Shown: positions 18,735-29,828 of the stretch, in pieces
Position numbering within the stretch: the stretch's first letter is position 1
How the letters are laid out: each line of letters begins with the position of its first letter
Source: an uncultured bacterium
GTDB taxonomy: Bacteria; Fidelibacterota; Marinisomatia; Marinisomatales; TCS56
DNA length: 64,000 bases
Assembly: GCA_964410945.1 (NCBI GenBank)
Contig: CAYPJE010000006.1
Coordinates: 2,469-66,468 of the forward strand
Reading direction: 5' to 3'
Notes under the pieces: model-generated
What the model saw: the letters and a program-made list of their open reading frames with translations, nothing else
Databases searched by the model: none
Told to the model about the DNA's origin: nothing
Program-made: the position numbers and the translations under genes

Positions 18735-20067
18735 CTTACCTGATCCCAAGCAATTTATGCAGATATTCGAGTCTGTGACAGGTGAAAGCCTGAAGGAATT
18801 TCCAGCCGGTATCGCCACGGACAGCCGGGAGTGCTCGGCTGACGATATCTTTGTGGCCATCAGTGGCGAACAGGTCGATGGACACCATTTTCTGGATCAG
18901 GTTTGGAAAAACAGCTGTAAAACAGCCATCGTCAAACAACCCGAACCCGGACTGGCAGGTTTCCAGCAGATTCAAGTGACTGACCCGGTTAAAACAATTG
19001 GGAAAATCGCCCGCCAATGGAGAAGACAGTTTGCTATACCTGTGGTGGGAATTACCGGTTCCAACGGCAAAACCACCACCAAGGAATTACTGGCCCACCT
19101 GCTTTCCCCGGAATTCAATGTTCATGTTACCAAAGGGAATTTTAATACCTCGATCGGCCTGCCGCTGACCCTGCTCACCCTGACTGGTGAAAATACTGTT
19201 TCAGTCCTTGAGATGGGAGCCAACCAGCCTGGTGATATTGCCACGCTGGCGGAAATCGCCGAACCAACTCACGGACTGATCACCAATATTGCCCCGGCCC
19301 ACCTGGAGGGTTTCGGGAACCTGGAGACTGTGGCACGTACCAAAGGTGAATTATTCCTGGCGCTGGAAACAGGAACCGCATTCGTCAATTCCGATGATGA
19401 ATTGATCCAAAAACTCCCGAAAATTGGTACTACACTGACCTTCGGATTCAGTTCCGATAGCGATTATGCGGCTGATCTGGCCATCGATTCCAGCCAGTCC
19501 ATCATTTTAATAATAAACGGAGCGGAACTGGCTACCGGATCAACCAATCCGGTTTTCGCCCGCAATCTGCTGGCTGCCTCCGCCATTGCCACAAACCTTG
19601 GTCTTAACTGGGAACAGATTCAAAAACAGGTAAAAACATTTTCCATGCCAGCCGGCCGAACGGAAATCAAGATAGTTGGACATTTAACGATCATCGATGA
19701 CAGCTATAATGCCAATCTCGCTTCAACCCGGGCGGCAATCAATTATCTCAGCAATTATACCACCACCGGCCGGCGTATTCTGGTTTTTGGCGACATGTTC
19801 GAATCAGGGGCAGAATCCCCCATTCTCCACCGGCAGGTCGGCGAAGCGGCGAATGAAGCCCGGTTAGATGCGGTTTTCACAGTCGGCAAAGATACGGAAT
19901 ATACCGACCAGGCCCTCGCAGCAATTCCGTATCATCAACATTTTGAATCCAAGGATGATCTGCTGGCCGACCTTAAGAAATACTGTGCGGCCGGAGATGT
20001 TATCCTGGTAAAGGGATCGCGGGGAATGGCCATGGAAACCATCATCGAAGGCCTGGGAGACCAGTAA
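18724..20067 (+). CDS. murF: UDP-MurNAc-pentapeptide ligase
   Basis: [41 protein letters not shown]. Confidence 0.96.
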   Translation: MRIDLPDPKQFMQIFESVTGESLKEFPAGIATDSRECSADDIFVAISGEQVDGHHFLDQVWKNSCKTAIVKQPEPGLAGFQQIQVTDPVKTIGKIARQWRRQFAIPVVGITGSNGKTTTKELLAHLLSPEFNVHVTKGNFNTSIGLPLTLLTLTGENTVSVLEMGANQPGDIATLAEIAEPTHGLITNIAPAHLEGFGNLETVARTKGELFLALETGTAFVNSDDELIQKLPKIGTTLTFGFSSDSDYAADLAIDSSQSIILIINGAELATGSTNPVFARNLLAASAIATNLGLNWEQIQKQVKTFSMPAGRTEIKIVGHLTIIDDSYNANLASTRAAINYLSNYTTTGRRILVFGDMFESGAESPILHRQVGEAANEARLDAVFTVGKDTEYTDQALAAIPYHQHFESKDDLLADLKKYCAAGDVILVKGSRGMAMETIIEGLGDQ

Positions 20068-21170
20068 TGCTCTACCACCTCCTATATCCGTTAAAGAGTT
20101 ACCTGTCAGGGCTGAATATTTTCCAGTACATAACCTTCCGCTCCACCGCAGCGGCGATCCTGGCACTGCTGTTAAGTTTTATTATCGGTCCCTGGATCAT
20201 CCGGTTATTGCAGCGTTACCAGATCGGCGAGGAAATCCGGGAAAGCGGACCCCAATCGCACCACCTTAAAAAGGGTACACCCACGATGGGTGGAATAATC
20301 CTGCTGAGCGCGGTGTTGATACCCACCCTCCTGTTCGCCCGACTGGATAATCCCTACATCCTGATCGTGCTGATGTCGGTGGTCTGGATGGGGTTGATCG
20401 GTTTCCTGGATGACTATTTAAAAACAATCCGGAAAATGAAAAGCGGACTGGTAGCCCGCTATAAACTGATCGGACAGGTGTTGCTTGGTGTCGCCGTCAG
20501 CATCTGGATTTTCTATTCCCCGGTATTCGAAGATTTCCGCAGCGTAACCTCAATCCCGTTTTTCAAGAACCTCGAACTCGATTTTGGTTTTCTCTATCCA
20601 TTAATCATTATTCTGATAATCACGGGCTTCAGTAATGCCGTTAACCTGACCGATGGCCTGGATGGCCTGGCCGCCGGGCTGGCAGCAATCTGTTTTACTG
20701 TTTTTGCTGCCGTGGCCTATATCTCCGGCCGGGTGGACTTTTCCGATTATCTCAATATTATCTATCTGCCCGGAGCGGGAGAATTGACCATATTTTCCAC
20801 CGCCATGGCCGGGGCCTGTCTGGGTTATCTCTGGTTCAACGCCGCCCCCGCCCAGGTTTTTATGGGTGATACCGGTTCCCTGGCCACCGGAGCTGCCCTG
20901 GGAACTCTGGCGGTCCTTTTAAAAAAAGAATTATTGCTGTTAATCATCGGTGGTGTTTTCGTCGTGGAAGCTGCTTCCGTCATGCTGCAGGTTGGCTATT
21001 TCCAGTGGACCAAGCGCCGTACCGGTGAAGGTAAACGAATTTTCAGGATGGCTCCCATCCACCACCATTTCGAACTGTCGGGCTGGCCGGAAACCAAGGT
21101 TGTGATCCGGTTCTGGATCATTGGGATTCTACTGGCCCTGCTCACCTTAAGCACCTTCAAGATCCGTTGA
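20067..21170 (+). CDS. mraY: Phospho-MurNAc-pentapeptide transferase
   Basis: KKGTPTMGG, GFLDDY, NAVNLTDGLDG, FMGDTGS, APIHHHFE. Confidence 0.98.
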   Translation: MLYHLLYPLKSYLSGLNIFQYITFRSTAAAILALLLSFIIGPWIIRLLQRYQIGEEIRESGPQSHHLKKGTPTMGGIILLSAVLIPTLLFARLDNPYILIVLMSVVWMGLIGFLDDYLKTIRKMKSGLVARYKLIGQVLLGVAVSIWIFYSPVFEDFRSVTSIPFFKNLELDFGFLYPLIIILIITGFSNAVNLTDGLDGLAAGLAAICFTVFAAVAYISGRVDFSDYLNIIYLPGAGELTIFSTAMAGACLGYLWFNAAPAQVFMGDTGSLATGAALGTLAVLLKKELLLLIIGGVFVVEAASVMLQVGYFQWTKRRTGEGKRIFRMAPIHHHFELSGWPETKVVIRFWIIGILLALLTLSTFKIR

Positions 21171-22552
21171 TGAATATCAAAGACCGCAAAAATATCAGTA
21201 TTGCCTACAGTCCTATCGCTGTGATCGGGTTGAGCCGCAGCGGTTTCGCTGCTGCAAAACTGGCTTATCACATGGGGGCACAGGTCTTTGTCAGTGATGG
21301 TTCAACCAATGAAAATATTGTGGCCAATCTGGAGGAGCTTGAAACAGTGGGGATCGCCGGTGAATGCGGAGGTCACAGCGATCGGATTTTCGAAGCGGAA
21401 CTGTGGATACTATCTCCGGGGATCGCTCAGGATTCCAAGCTGGTAAAGAAGGCCCAGGCGCATGATATCACGATTGTCAGTGAAGTTGAATTTGCCAGCT
21501 GGTTCACAACGGCACCAATCATCGCGGTTACCGGATCCAATGGTAAAACAACTACGGTCCATGCCCTGGCCAAAATGTGCCAGACTGACGAAATCCATGG
21601 CGTTCTGGCTGGAAACGTCGGGATTCCATTTGCGGAAATGGTTCTAAAAGAATTGCTGGAACCCGATCCTGATACAGTATTTATCCTGGAAGTATCCAGC
21701 TTCCAGTCAGAATTCCTGTTGCATTTCAAACCTCAAATCAGTGTTTTCCTGAATATCACACCCGACCACCTGGACCGCTATCATTCAATGGATGAATACA
21801 TAACGGCCAAACTGAATATGGTCTGCAATACCGATAGTAATGATAAAGTTATTTACAATTCCGATGATCCGATTTTGACACAACGCCTGAGCGGTTCATC
21901 CGCCGAATTATTACCATTCAGCCTGTCTGAAAACCAGCAGCAGTTATATTCCCTGAACAAAGACAAGATTTATACTTCTGAGCACGCCACGCTCGTTACT
22001 CTGGATGCGGTTGCACTGCCCGGCCCCCACAACTACTCTAACTTAATGGCCGCTGCAACAGCCGCACATCTGATCGGGATACCCGATCATAAAATCGCCG
22101 CGGTGATGAAAACTTTCCAGGGCGTACCTCATAGGCTCGAGGAAGTTGGCGTCATCGCCGGCGTACGTTACATCAACGATTCAAAAGCCACCAATCTGGA
22201 TGCAGTCAAGGTGGCTCTCCAAAGTTACCCTGGCCCGATTATCCTGATTCTGGGAGGCAAGGACAAAGGCGGTGATTTCACCGAACTGATTCCTTTCCTG
22301 AAAGATCGCGTTAAACAGGTAATCGCCATCGGCCAGGCCCAAACCCGGATCTTTATCGCCCTTAGGGATGCGGAGAGACCTGAATGTGTGAGAGGTCTCG
22401 GGGATGCGGTTGAGATCACACGGGAACGCGCGCTGCCTGGGGATTTGGTCCTCCTTTCCCCAGGTTGCGCCAGCTTTGACCAGTACCGTGATTACGAGGA
22501 ACGGGGTGATCATTTCAGAAGCCTGGTTGATAAAATGAAAGTACCGGCATGA
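21167..22552 (+). CDS. murD: UDP-MurNAc-L-Ala--D-Glu ligase
   Basis: [45 protein letters not shown]. Confidence 0.96.
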   Translation: MMNIKDRKNISIAYSPIAVIGLSRSGFAAAKLAYHMGAQVFVSDGSTNENIVANLEELETVGIAGECGGHSDRIFEAELWILSPGIAQDSKLVKKAQAHDITIVSEVEFASWFTTAPIIAVTGSNGKTTTVHALAKMCQTDEIHGVLAGNVGIPFAEMVLKELLEPDPDTVFILEVSSFQSEFLLHFKPQISVFLNITPDHLDRYHSMDEYITAKLNMVCNTDSNDKVIYNSDDPILTQRLSGSSAELLPFSLSENQQQLYSLNKDKIYTSEHATLVTLDAVALPGPHNYSNLMAAATAAHLIGIPDHKIAAVMKTFQGVPHRLEEVGVIAGVRYINDSKATNLDAVKVALQSYPGPIILILGGKDKGGDFTELIPFLKDRVKQVIAIGQAQTRIFIALRDAERPECVRGLGDAVEITRERALPGDLVLLSPGCASFDQYRDYEERGDHFRSLVDKMKVPA

Positions 22553-23685
22553 ACCAACTGCAAATAATCTGGAAAAACTATGACCGGGTCTTGATGTCAA
22601 CAGTAGTTCTACTGTGCATTGTGGGAACGATAATGCTGTACAGCGCCAGTTCGATCTGGGCCTATAACCAGTTTTCTTCCGATACCTATTACCTGCAGAA
22701 GCAGGCCCTGCGCATGATCGTCGGTCTGGTTGCCATGTATGTATTTATGCAGCTCGATTATCGCCGCTTGAAAGATTGGGCCACCATAATTATGGTCGGA
22801 GCACTGGTGATGCTGATTTCCACCAAGATTGCCTATCTGTTACGCCACGACAGCAGTCCGGCCCGCTGGATATATCTGGGGCCGCTGTCATTACAAACAT
22901 CTGATATCGCCCGTTTGGGATTGATTATTTACCTTTCGGCCTACATCACCAAAAAACGCCAACAACTGGAAGATTTTTATTTTGGCTTTCTACCGGCCAT
23001 CGTTGTTATGGCCCTGACCCTGGGACTGATTGTTATACAGCCTGATTTCAGTACGGCTGCCATCATCGGGGTCATCGGATTCGCAATCCTGTTTCTGGGT
23101 GGGGCAAAACTACCCCATATCCTGGTTACGGTAACAACTGCTGTTACCGTGATGATACCAGTCATGCTGATGGAACCGTACCGCCGTGCCAGGGTGTTGT
23201 CATTCCTTAATCCGGCCGCTGATACCGGTGGTGCCAGCTATCAGGCCCAGCAAAGCCTGATCAGCCTGGGTAATGGCGGACTATTCGGACTGGGGCTGGG
23301 TAACAGCATGGAGAAGAACCTGTTTCTGCCGACCCCACACACCGATTTTATTTTCTCGATCATCGGTGAGGAAACCGGTTTTATCGGCGCTATACTAGTC
23401 TTAACACTTTTCCTGATTGTATTCCAGCGTGGTGTGAAAATTGCCAAGGAAGCCACCGATCCATTTGGTATTCTGCTGGCACTGGGAATCGCTTTCAGTT
23501 TTATCCTGTACGCCTTCATCAATGTCGGCGTTGTAACCAACCTGCTGCCAACCACCGGTCTGCCAATGCCACTGATCAGTTATGGCGGATCGGGACTGTT
23601 GCTGAATCTGGCCAGCATCGGAATCCTGCTCAACATCAGCCGCAAAAACCGCCGGACCAAACAGAAGAGCAAACTGTTCGCATGA
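22549..23685 (+). CDS. ftsW: SEDS peptidoglycan polymerase FtsW
   Basis: ARWI, QPDF, YQAQQSL, LPTPHTDFIF, PTTGLPMPLISYGGS. Confidence 0.95.
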   Translation: MNQLQIIWKNYDRVLMSTVVLLCIVGTIMLYSASSIWAYNQFSSDTYYLQKQALRMIVGLVAMYVFMQLDYRRLKDWATIIMVGALVMLISTKIAYLLRHDSSPARWIYLGPLSLQTSDIARLGLIIYLSAYITKKRQQLEDFYFGFLPAIVVMALTLGLIVIQPDFSTAAIIGVIGFAILFLGGAKLPHILVTVTTAVTVMIPVMLMEPYRRARVLSFLNPAADTGGASYQAQQSLISLGNGGLFGLGLGNSMEKNLFLPTPHTDFIFSIIGEETGFIGAILVLTLFLIVFQRGVKIAKEATDPFGILLALGIAFSFILYAFINVGVVTNLLPTTGLPMPLISYGGSGLLLNLASIGILLNISRKNRRTKQKSKLFA

Positions 23686-24791
23686 GTAATTCCGGTCAAT
23701 TACGAGTAATAATTGCCGGTGGCGGTACCGGCGGGCACCTCTTCCCGGCCCTGGCGATTGCCCAAGGCCTGCAGGCCCGCAATCCGGATGCTGAAATCCA
23801 TTTCATGGGATCGCAATACGGGATTGAAGCCCGGGTATTACCCGAACGGAATTTACCCCACACCCTGCTCAACGTGCGTGGTTTCCAGCGCGGTCTTGAT
23901 TTTACCAGCCTGGGGCGCAATCTGCTGTTCGCTCCCCGTTTCCTGGGCTCATATATAAAAGCAAAGTCCACCATTAACCGGATCAATCCCAGTGTTGTTG
24001 TTGGAACTGGTGGTTATGCCAGTGGCTTACCTCTCCTGGCAGCGGTCCGCCGGAAAACAGCTACCCTGATCCAGGAACAGAATTCCTACCCCGGATTCAC
24101 CACTCGCTGGCTGGCGGATAGGGTCGATAAAATCTGTATCGCATTTGATGATGCAAGGGCTTATATCCCGGCCGACAAGACCATTTTAACCGGCAATCCG
24201 GTTCGAAAGAATATAGCCAGCGGAACTGCCGATCAGGCCGCCATCAAATTCAATCTTGATCCGACACGACCAGTCCTGTTCCTGTTTGGCGGCAGTCAGG
24301 GTTCGGCCATCTTGAATCATACCATGGCAGCGGCCACAGACAAATTTGCTGATAGTGATGTACAAATTCTATGGCAGACCGGCCAATTGCAGTTCGAACA
24401 ATATGAAAATTTTAATTCCGGCAATATCAGGGTGCTGCCGTTCATCGATGAAATGAACCTGGCCTATGCCCTCGCTACCCTGGTGATCTCCCGGGCCGGG
24501 GCCCTGACGCTGGCCGAAATCACCAGCTGTGGTCTCCCGTCAATTCTGGTTCCGCTGCCCAGCGCTGCCGCCGATCATCAGACCAGGAATGCCAATGCCC
24601 TGGTTACGAAGCAGGCCGCACTCGCAATAAATGAATCACAATTGACTCCGGAACTACTGGTCAACCAGATTTCCGATCTTTTAAATGATACAAACCGGCT
24701 GAATAAAATGTCAACTGCCGCCGGAAAACTGGCCCGTTCCGAAGCCACTGAATCAATCGTCAACGAAATTTTGGAGTTAGCACAAGCCTGA
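23682..24791 (+). CDS. murG: Lipid II GlcNAc transferase
   Basis: GGGTGGHLFP, GTGGYAS, EQNS, GNPVR, GGSQG, RAGA, HQTRNA. Confidence 0.97.
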   Translation: MSNSGQLRVIIAGGGTGGHLFPALAIAQGLQARNPDAEIHFMGSQYGIEARVLPERNLPHTLLNVRGFQRGLDFTSLGRNLLFAPRFLGSYIKAKSTINRINPSVVVGTGGYASGLPLLAAVRRKTATLIQEQNSYPGFTTRWLADRVDKICIAFDDARAYIPADKTILTGNPVRKNIASGTADQAAIKFNLDPTRPVLFLFGGSQGSAILNHTMAAATDKFADSDVQILWQTGQLQFEQYENFNSGNIRVLPFIDEMNLAYALATLVISRAGALTLAEITSCGLPSILVPLPSAAADHQTRNANALVTKQAALAINESQLTPELLVNQISDLLNDTNRLNKMSTAAGKLARSEATESIVNEILELAQA

Positions 24792-26170
24792 TGTTCAGAA
24801 AAGTAAAAAAATTACATTTTGTGGGAATCGGCGGCATCGGAATGAGCGGTATCGCCGAATTGCTGCTTAACCAGGGATTTGAAATTTCCGGATCGGACAT
24901 GAAAGAATCGGAAATTATTATCCGCCTGCGGAAACTGGGAGCCATAATCCACAAAGGTCATAAATCCGAACATGTGCAGGAATGCGATGTGCTGGTCTAT
25001 TCCAGTGCCGTTAAACTGGATAATCCCGAATTGGTTGAAGCCCGCCGGCGAGGCATACCCATAATCCGCCGGGCGGAGATGCTGGGTGAATTAATTGCCG
25101 TTAAGGATTTGAGTATCGGTGTCAGTGGAACCCATGGAAAGACAACGACAACATCAATGATCGGTTCGGTATTATCCCAAGCTACACTCGATCCAACCCT
25201 GGTGGTAGGCGGCTTGGTAAAAACAACCGGTTCCAACACGCAACTGGGCTCCGGAGAGATCATTGTGGTCGAGGCCGATGAATTCGATCGCAGTTTCCTG
25301 GCATTACGCCCCACTCTGTCGGTTGTTACCAATATTGAGCTGGAGCATACCGACTGCTACTCCGACCTGGATGACCTCCAGGGAGCTTTCACGCAATTCT
25401 GCAATGCAGTTCCATTTTACGGGGTAGTAATCGCCTGTCTCGATTCACCCGGGGTGCAGACCATTCTGAGCGAAATCAAGCGGCCAGTGATAACATACGG
25501 CTTGTCCAACCAGGCGATCTTCCGGGTAACCGATATTACCTACCAGGAAACTGAATCACGATTTACCGTTCATCACTACGATAATGTGCTGGGACAGGTG
25601 AACCTTCCGGTGCCGGGGCAGCATAACGTGCTGAATGCCCTGGCGGCAATTGCCCTGGCCATGGAGATGAACGTGCCTTTTGAAGAAATCAAGGCCGGCC
25701 TGGAAAATTTCACCGGCGTACGGCGTAGATTTGAGATCAAAGGTATCAGAAATGATATTATGGTAGTTGATGATTATGCCCATCATCCGACGGAAGTCGC
25801 TGCTACATTGAAAGCTGCCCGCAACGGCTGGGATCGCCGTCTGGTTGCGGTATTTCAACCACACCTGTTCTCACGCACTACCGATTTTCACCGTGAGTTT
25901 GCCGCCGCTTTCCTGGAAAGCGATGTGTTGGTGGTAACCGATATTTTTGCAGCCCGCGAGGAGCCGGTCGAGGGTGTGTCCGGCGAAACGGTGGTGCAAT
26001 CAGCCCGCGATCTGGGACATAAAAACGTCCATTATGTTCCCCACCTGGAAAACCTGATCGATGAATTGAATACGATCACCAAAGCCGGAGATATGGTAAT
26101 CACAATTGGCGCCGGTAGTATCTGGCGCTATAATGAAAAATTTTATCAAAGCCTGGAAAAAACAGTTTAA
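24791..26170 (+). CDS. murC: UDP-MurNAc--L-Ala ligase
   Basis: GIGGIGMSG, GTHGKTTTT, EADEFD, GVRRRF, DDYAHHPTE, FQPH. Confidence 0.97.
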   Translation: MFRKVKKLHFVGIGGIGMSGIAELLLNQGFEISGSDMKESEIIIRLRKLGAIIHKGHKSEHVQECDVLVYSSAVKLDNPELVEARRRGIPIIRRAEMLGELIAVKDLSIGVSGTHGKTTTTSMIGSVLSQATLDPTLVVGGLVKTTGSNTQLGSGEIIVVEADEFDRSFLALRPTLSVVTNIELEHTDCYSDLDDLQGAFTQFCNAVPFYGVVIACLDSPGVQTILSEIKRPVITYGLSNQAIFRVTDITYQETESRFTVHHYDNVLGQVNLPVPGQHNVLNALAAIALAMEMNVPFEEIKAGLENFTGVRRRFEIKGIRNDIMVVDDYAHHPTEVAATLKAARNGWDRRLVAVFQPHLFSRTTDFHREFAAAFLESDVLVVTDIFAAREEPVEGVSGETVVQSARDLGHKNVHYVPHLENLIDELNTITKAGDMVITIGAGSIWRYNEKFYQSLEKTV

Positions 26171-26931
26171 TGGCCAGGAAGAAGAAAAAGAACAAAGTTC
26201 CTGTGCTGGTCACATGCAGCCTGTTGCTGGGCTTTGCCCTGCTGTACCGGGTTTCGTTCAGCTGGGCCGAATCAGGAAAAACTACTAAACTGACTAATAT
26301 CAATATCAGGGGGAATCGAATAATACCGGACCGGGAAATTCTCCCCTTCTTCGATGATATCCGCGGATTGGAACTGAACAAGATCGACCACTACCGAATC
26401 AATTCTGAAATTGAGAAAATGCCTTTCGTGGCTGCTGCACGGATCAGCAGGCACTACCCCTCAAATCTCAGAATTGAAATACTGGAACGTAAGCCGCTGG
26501 CGATAGTCAATCTGGATGAACTGATGCTCCTGGACCAGAGCGGGATCGTCCTGCCCATGGTACCGGCTGCTTACGAACTTTCAATCCCGATTTTATCCGG
26601 TTTCAACCCTGAACTTAACCTGTATCCGATCGGTAAACCGGTGCTGTCGGTTAAAATGAAGGATACGGTAAAACTGCTGAACCGTATCCGGGAAATTGCT
26701 CCTCACTTTTTCACCCAATTATCTGAGATAACTCTCAACCAGGATGAAGAATACATCCTGATCCTTACCGAGCGCCCAACACGGATTAATCTGGGCGATA
26801 AAGCAATCATGAAAAGTATCTTCACTTTGCTGGCTTTCGACCAGACCCTTCACGGTAGCCGGGCATTGACCGATTACCAGTATTTAGATATGCGTTATGC
26901 CAAACAAATAATTGCCAAGGAATGGTCATGA
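26170..26931 (+). CDS. ftsQ: Cell division protein FtsQ/DivIB
   Basis: TM helix, POTRA-like region, RHYPSNLRIEILERKP, C-terminal YLDMRY. Confidence 0.9.
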   Translation: MARKKKKNKVPVLVTCSLLLGFALLYRVSFSWAESGKTTKLTNINIRGNRIIPDREILPFFDDIRGLELNKIDHYRINSEIEKMPFVAAARISRHYPSNLRIEILERKPLAIVNLDELMLLDQSGIVLPMVPAAYELSIPILSGFNPELNLYPIGKPVLSVKMKDTVKLLNRIREIAPHFFTQLSEITLNQDEEYILILTERPTRINLGDKAIMKSIFTLLAFDQTLHGSRALTDYQYLDMRYAKQIIAKEWS

Positions 26932-28199
26932 ATCCATTGAATCGCGGACAAGAAAAAAATATACAGGTGGGAATCGATATTGGATCTTCATTGATCCGGT
27001 GTGCAATTGTTGAATCCAATCCGGTGAACGGAACCATCAAATTACTGGGACTAGGCGCGAAGCCCTTCCATGGAATGCGCAAAGGCAGCCTGATCCATAT
27101 CGATAAGACGATTGCCGCCCTTGACGAGGCTCTTAAAGAGGCTGAACTGATGGCCAATGTGAAAGTCGAACGAGCCATACTCAGTCTGTCTGGCGAAAAT
27201 ATCCGTGGAATAAATACCCAGGGCGCCATTGCCGTCCACAAAAGCAGTACCCAGAATATTCCCGTGGAACATGAAATCACTGCCCATGATGTGCACCGGG
27301 TACTGGAATTATCCAAGGCGATATCCCTGCCCATGGACCGTGATATCCTCCACGTTCTGCCCCAGGAATATATCATCGACACGATGGGCAGCATCAAGGA
27401 TCCGGTGGGTATGTCCGGTCGTCGCCTGGAAGCAAGGATCCATCTGGTAACAGTGGCTACTACGGCCGCAAAAAATATCGCCAAATGTGCCGAAGAACTG
27501 GGCATTGAAGTGGATGGACTTGTATTCCAGGCCCTGGCAGCTTCCCTGCCAACATTGACCCAGGATGAAAAAGAATTAGGTGTTGCCCTGGTTGATATTG
27601 GGGCCGGTACGACTGATATTACCGTCTATCACGAAGGTGGAGTACGTCATTCGGCCGTGATCGGACTGGGAGCCAACAGCATCACCAATGACATTGCCAT
27701 GATGCTGCAGGTCAATATTGACGAGGCCGAACAGATTAAACTGAAATACGCCTCTGCCAAAGCCGCCATGGCCTCCACCGAACTCAGCTTTGAATTACCG
27801 GCCGAGGAAGGCGAACTGGTGCGGAAAGTATCCGAGCATGAGTTATCGCGCTATGTGGAAGCACGGATGGTTGAGCTGTTCCAGATGGTAATGCGCGAGA
27901 TCAGTCGGGCCGATATTCGTGAGAAACTGACCTTCGGGGTCGTGCTGACCGGTGGTGGTGCATTACTAAAAAATATTACCTCCCTGGCTTCGGAAGTATT
28001 TCAGGAGGCAGTACGGATCGGTTATCCAAAAGGTATCAGTGGTGTTGTCGATGTTGCTTCCAGCCCCGTTTATGCCACCGTACTGGGTTTAACCCAATGG
28101 AAATCCAGGGAAGATGAATTTAATCCCGGCCTGTTGCCTGAAAAACCACTGGCGCAGGCAATGGGCAAACTGAAAAAATGGTTTAAAGAATTTTTCTAA
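26928..28199 (+). CDS. ftsA: Cell division protein FtsA
   Basis: GIDIGSS, PVGMSGRRLE, DIGAGTT, VLTGGGA. Confidence 0.97.
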   Translation: MNPLNRGQEKNIQVGIDIGSSLIRCAIVESNPVNGTIKLLGLGAKPFHGMRKGSLIHIDKTIAALDEALKEAELMANVKVERAILSLSGENIRGINTQGAIAVHKSSTQNIPVEHEITAHDVHRVLELSKAISLPMDRDILHVLPQEYIIDTMGSIKDPVGMSGRRLEARIHLVTVATTAAKNIAKCAEELGIEVDGLVFQALAASLPTLTQDEKELGVALVDIGAGTTDITVYHEGGVRHSAVIGLGANSITNDIAMMLQVNIDEAEQIKLKYASAKAAMASTELSFELPAEEGELVRKVSEHELSRYVEARMVELFQMVMREISRADIREKLTFGVVLTGGGALLKNITSLASEVFQEAVRIGYPKGISGVVDVASSPVYATVLGLTQWKSREDEFNPGLLPEKPLAQAMGKLKKWFKEFF

Positions 28200-28229
28200 A
28201 AAATTGATCATTAAGTAAGGAGAGCATCT

Positions 28230-29429
28230 ATGTTGTTTGAATTCGATTATCTGGCCGAACAGAAAGCAAAACTGAAAGTAATTGGTGTCGGTGGTGCCGG
28301 TGGCAATGCCATCAACCGTATGATCCAGACCGGAATGCAGGGCGTTGATTTTATAGCTATCAATACCGACGCTCAAGATCTTGAGAACAATGCGGCTTCA
28401 CATAAAATCCAGATCGGGAAAAGTTTGACCAAAGGCCTCGGAGCCGGGGCCAAGGCCGAGATCGGCCGTGAGGCGATCGAGACCGACAAGGAAGCTGTGA
28501 TGGCTGTCCTGGAAGACCTGGACATGGTCTTCATCACCGCCGGAATGGGCGGTGGTACCGGCACCGGCGCGGCACCGGTAATTGCCCAGCTGGCCCGGGA
28601 AATGGACATCCTGACGGTTGGCATTGTTACTCTCCCCTTCAATTTCGAAGGCCCTAAACGGATGAACCGTGCCTTGAATGGCATCAGTGAACTGCGGAAA
28701 GCCTGCGATACTACAATCGCCATTCCCAACCAGAAACTGATGTCCATAGTGGATAAATCCACCACGGTCATGGAAGCATTTAAAACAGCCGACTCTACCC
28801 TGCATCAGGCTGTAAAAGGCATATCCGACCTGATCAACGTCCATGGTTTGATTAATCTGGATTTCGCTGATGTAGAAACAATAATGAAAAATATGGGTGA
28901 AGCCATCATGGGTACCGGTAATGCCAGTGGTGAAGAACGGGCTGTACTGGCTGCCCAGCAGGCCATATCCAGTCCTTTACTGGACAGCGCACCAATCAGC
29001 GGCGCCCAGGGTGTACTGGTGAATATCACCGGCGGCCCAGACCTGACCCTGATTGAAGTGGACGAAGCTACTTCCATTATCTTTGAAGAAGCCGGTCAGG
29101 ATGCCAATATCATCTTTGGTGCCGTGATCGATCCGGCCATGGCAGAGGAGATTCGCGTAACTGTCATAGCCACCGGTTTCTCACTCCCGGACTACGCCGA
29201 GGAAGAAAAACGACCCGCAACTAAGAAAAATCTACCAGAAGAAACCAAGGTACCGGTCTATGCTGAAAGCCTGAATCTGCCCCTGATCAATCAGAAGCAG
29301 GTGGACAGCCACACCCCGGACCAGCCGGCGGGCCAGCCTAATCCCAAATTCGTATTTGATGATAACAATTCATCATTATTCGACAACGATCTGGAGATTC
29401 CGGCCTTTGTCCGGCAACAACATAAGTAA
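28230..29429 (+). CDS. ftsZ: Cell division protein FtsZ
   Basis: GVGGAGGNA, tubulin signature GGGTGTG, NLDFAD, C-terminal LEIPAFVR. Confidence 0.99.
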   Translation: MLFEFDYLAEQKAKLKVIGVGGAGGNAINRMIQTGMQGVDFIAINTDAQDLENNAASHKIQIGKSLTKGLGAGAKAEIGREAIETDKEAVMAVLEDLDMVFITAGMGGGTGTGAAPVIAQLAREMDILTVGIVTLPFNFEGPKRMNRALNGISELRKACDTTIAIPNQKLMSIVDKSTTVMEAFKTADSTLHQAVKGISDLINVHGLINLDFADVETIMKNMGEAIMGTGNASGEERAVLAAQQAISSPLLDSAPISGAQGVLVNITGGPDLTLIEVDEATSIIFEEAGQDANIIFGAVIDPAMAEEIRVTVIATGFSLPDYAEEEKRPATKKNLPEETKVPVYAESLNLPLINQKQVDSHTPDQPAGQPNPKFVFDDNNSSLFDNDLEIPAFVRQQHK

Positions 29430-29454
29430 CCTGTAACTTACGATGATGCTCAGG

Positions 29455-29479
29455 CGGCCCCCGCAAGGGGGCCGTTTTT
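29455..29479 (+). terminator. Intrinsic terminator of the dcw operon
   Basis: CGGCCCCC-GCAA-GGGGGCCG followed by TTTTT. Confidence 0.9.
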
Positions 29480-29482
29480 ATT

Positions 29483-29514
29483 AAGTGCCTGGCACCTCAA
29501 GGTGCCAGGCACTT
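29483..29514. repeat. 14-bp perfect inverted repeat whose arms are themselves palindromic (REP-like)
   Basis: AAGTGCCTGGCACC-TCAA-GGTGCCAGGCACTT. Confidence 0.75.
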
Positions 29515-29537
29515 TTTCAAATTATGTTTGATTACAT

Positions 29538-29566
29538 AAAAAAATACCCGGCCGGAGCCGGGTATT
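29538..29566 (-). terminator. Intrinsic terminator of rpmB
   Basis: AATACCCGGC-CGGA-GCCGGGTATT, with a U-run on the minus strand (A7 at 29538-44). Confidence 0.85.
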
Positions 29567-29591
29567 AAAAAATCGGATTGGATTCGAAATA

Positions 29592-29828
29592 CTATATCTT
29601 CATCCCTTTGGCACGCAATTCACCGACAATCTTACGAATGCCTTTTTTGTCGATCAGACGCATACCCTGGGTCGATACTGTCAAAGTGACGAATCGTTTT
29701 TCGTCCGGCAGCCAGAAACGCTTTTTCTGTAAATTGATATTAAAACGCCGGCGGCTTTTGTTGTGAGCGTGGCTGACGTTGTTGCCATACATCGGTTTGT
29801 TACCGGTTACGTCGCATACTCTGCTCAT
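29592..29828 (-). CDS. rpmB: 50S ribosomal protein L28
   Basis: MSRVCDVTG...[17 protein letters not shown]. Confidence 0.97.
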   Translation of the reverse strand: MSRVCDVTGNKPMYGNNVSHAHNKSRRRFNINLQKKRFWLPDEKRFVTLTVSTQGMRLIDKKGIRKIVGELRAKGMKI

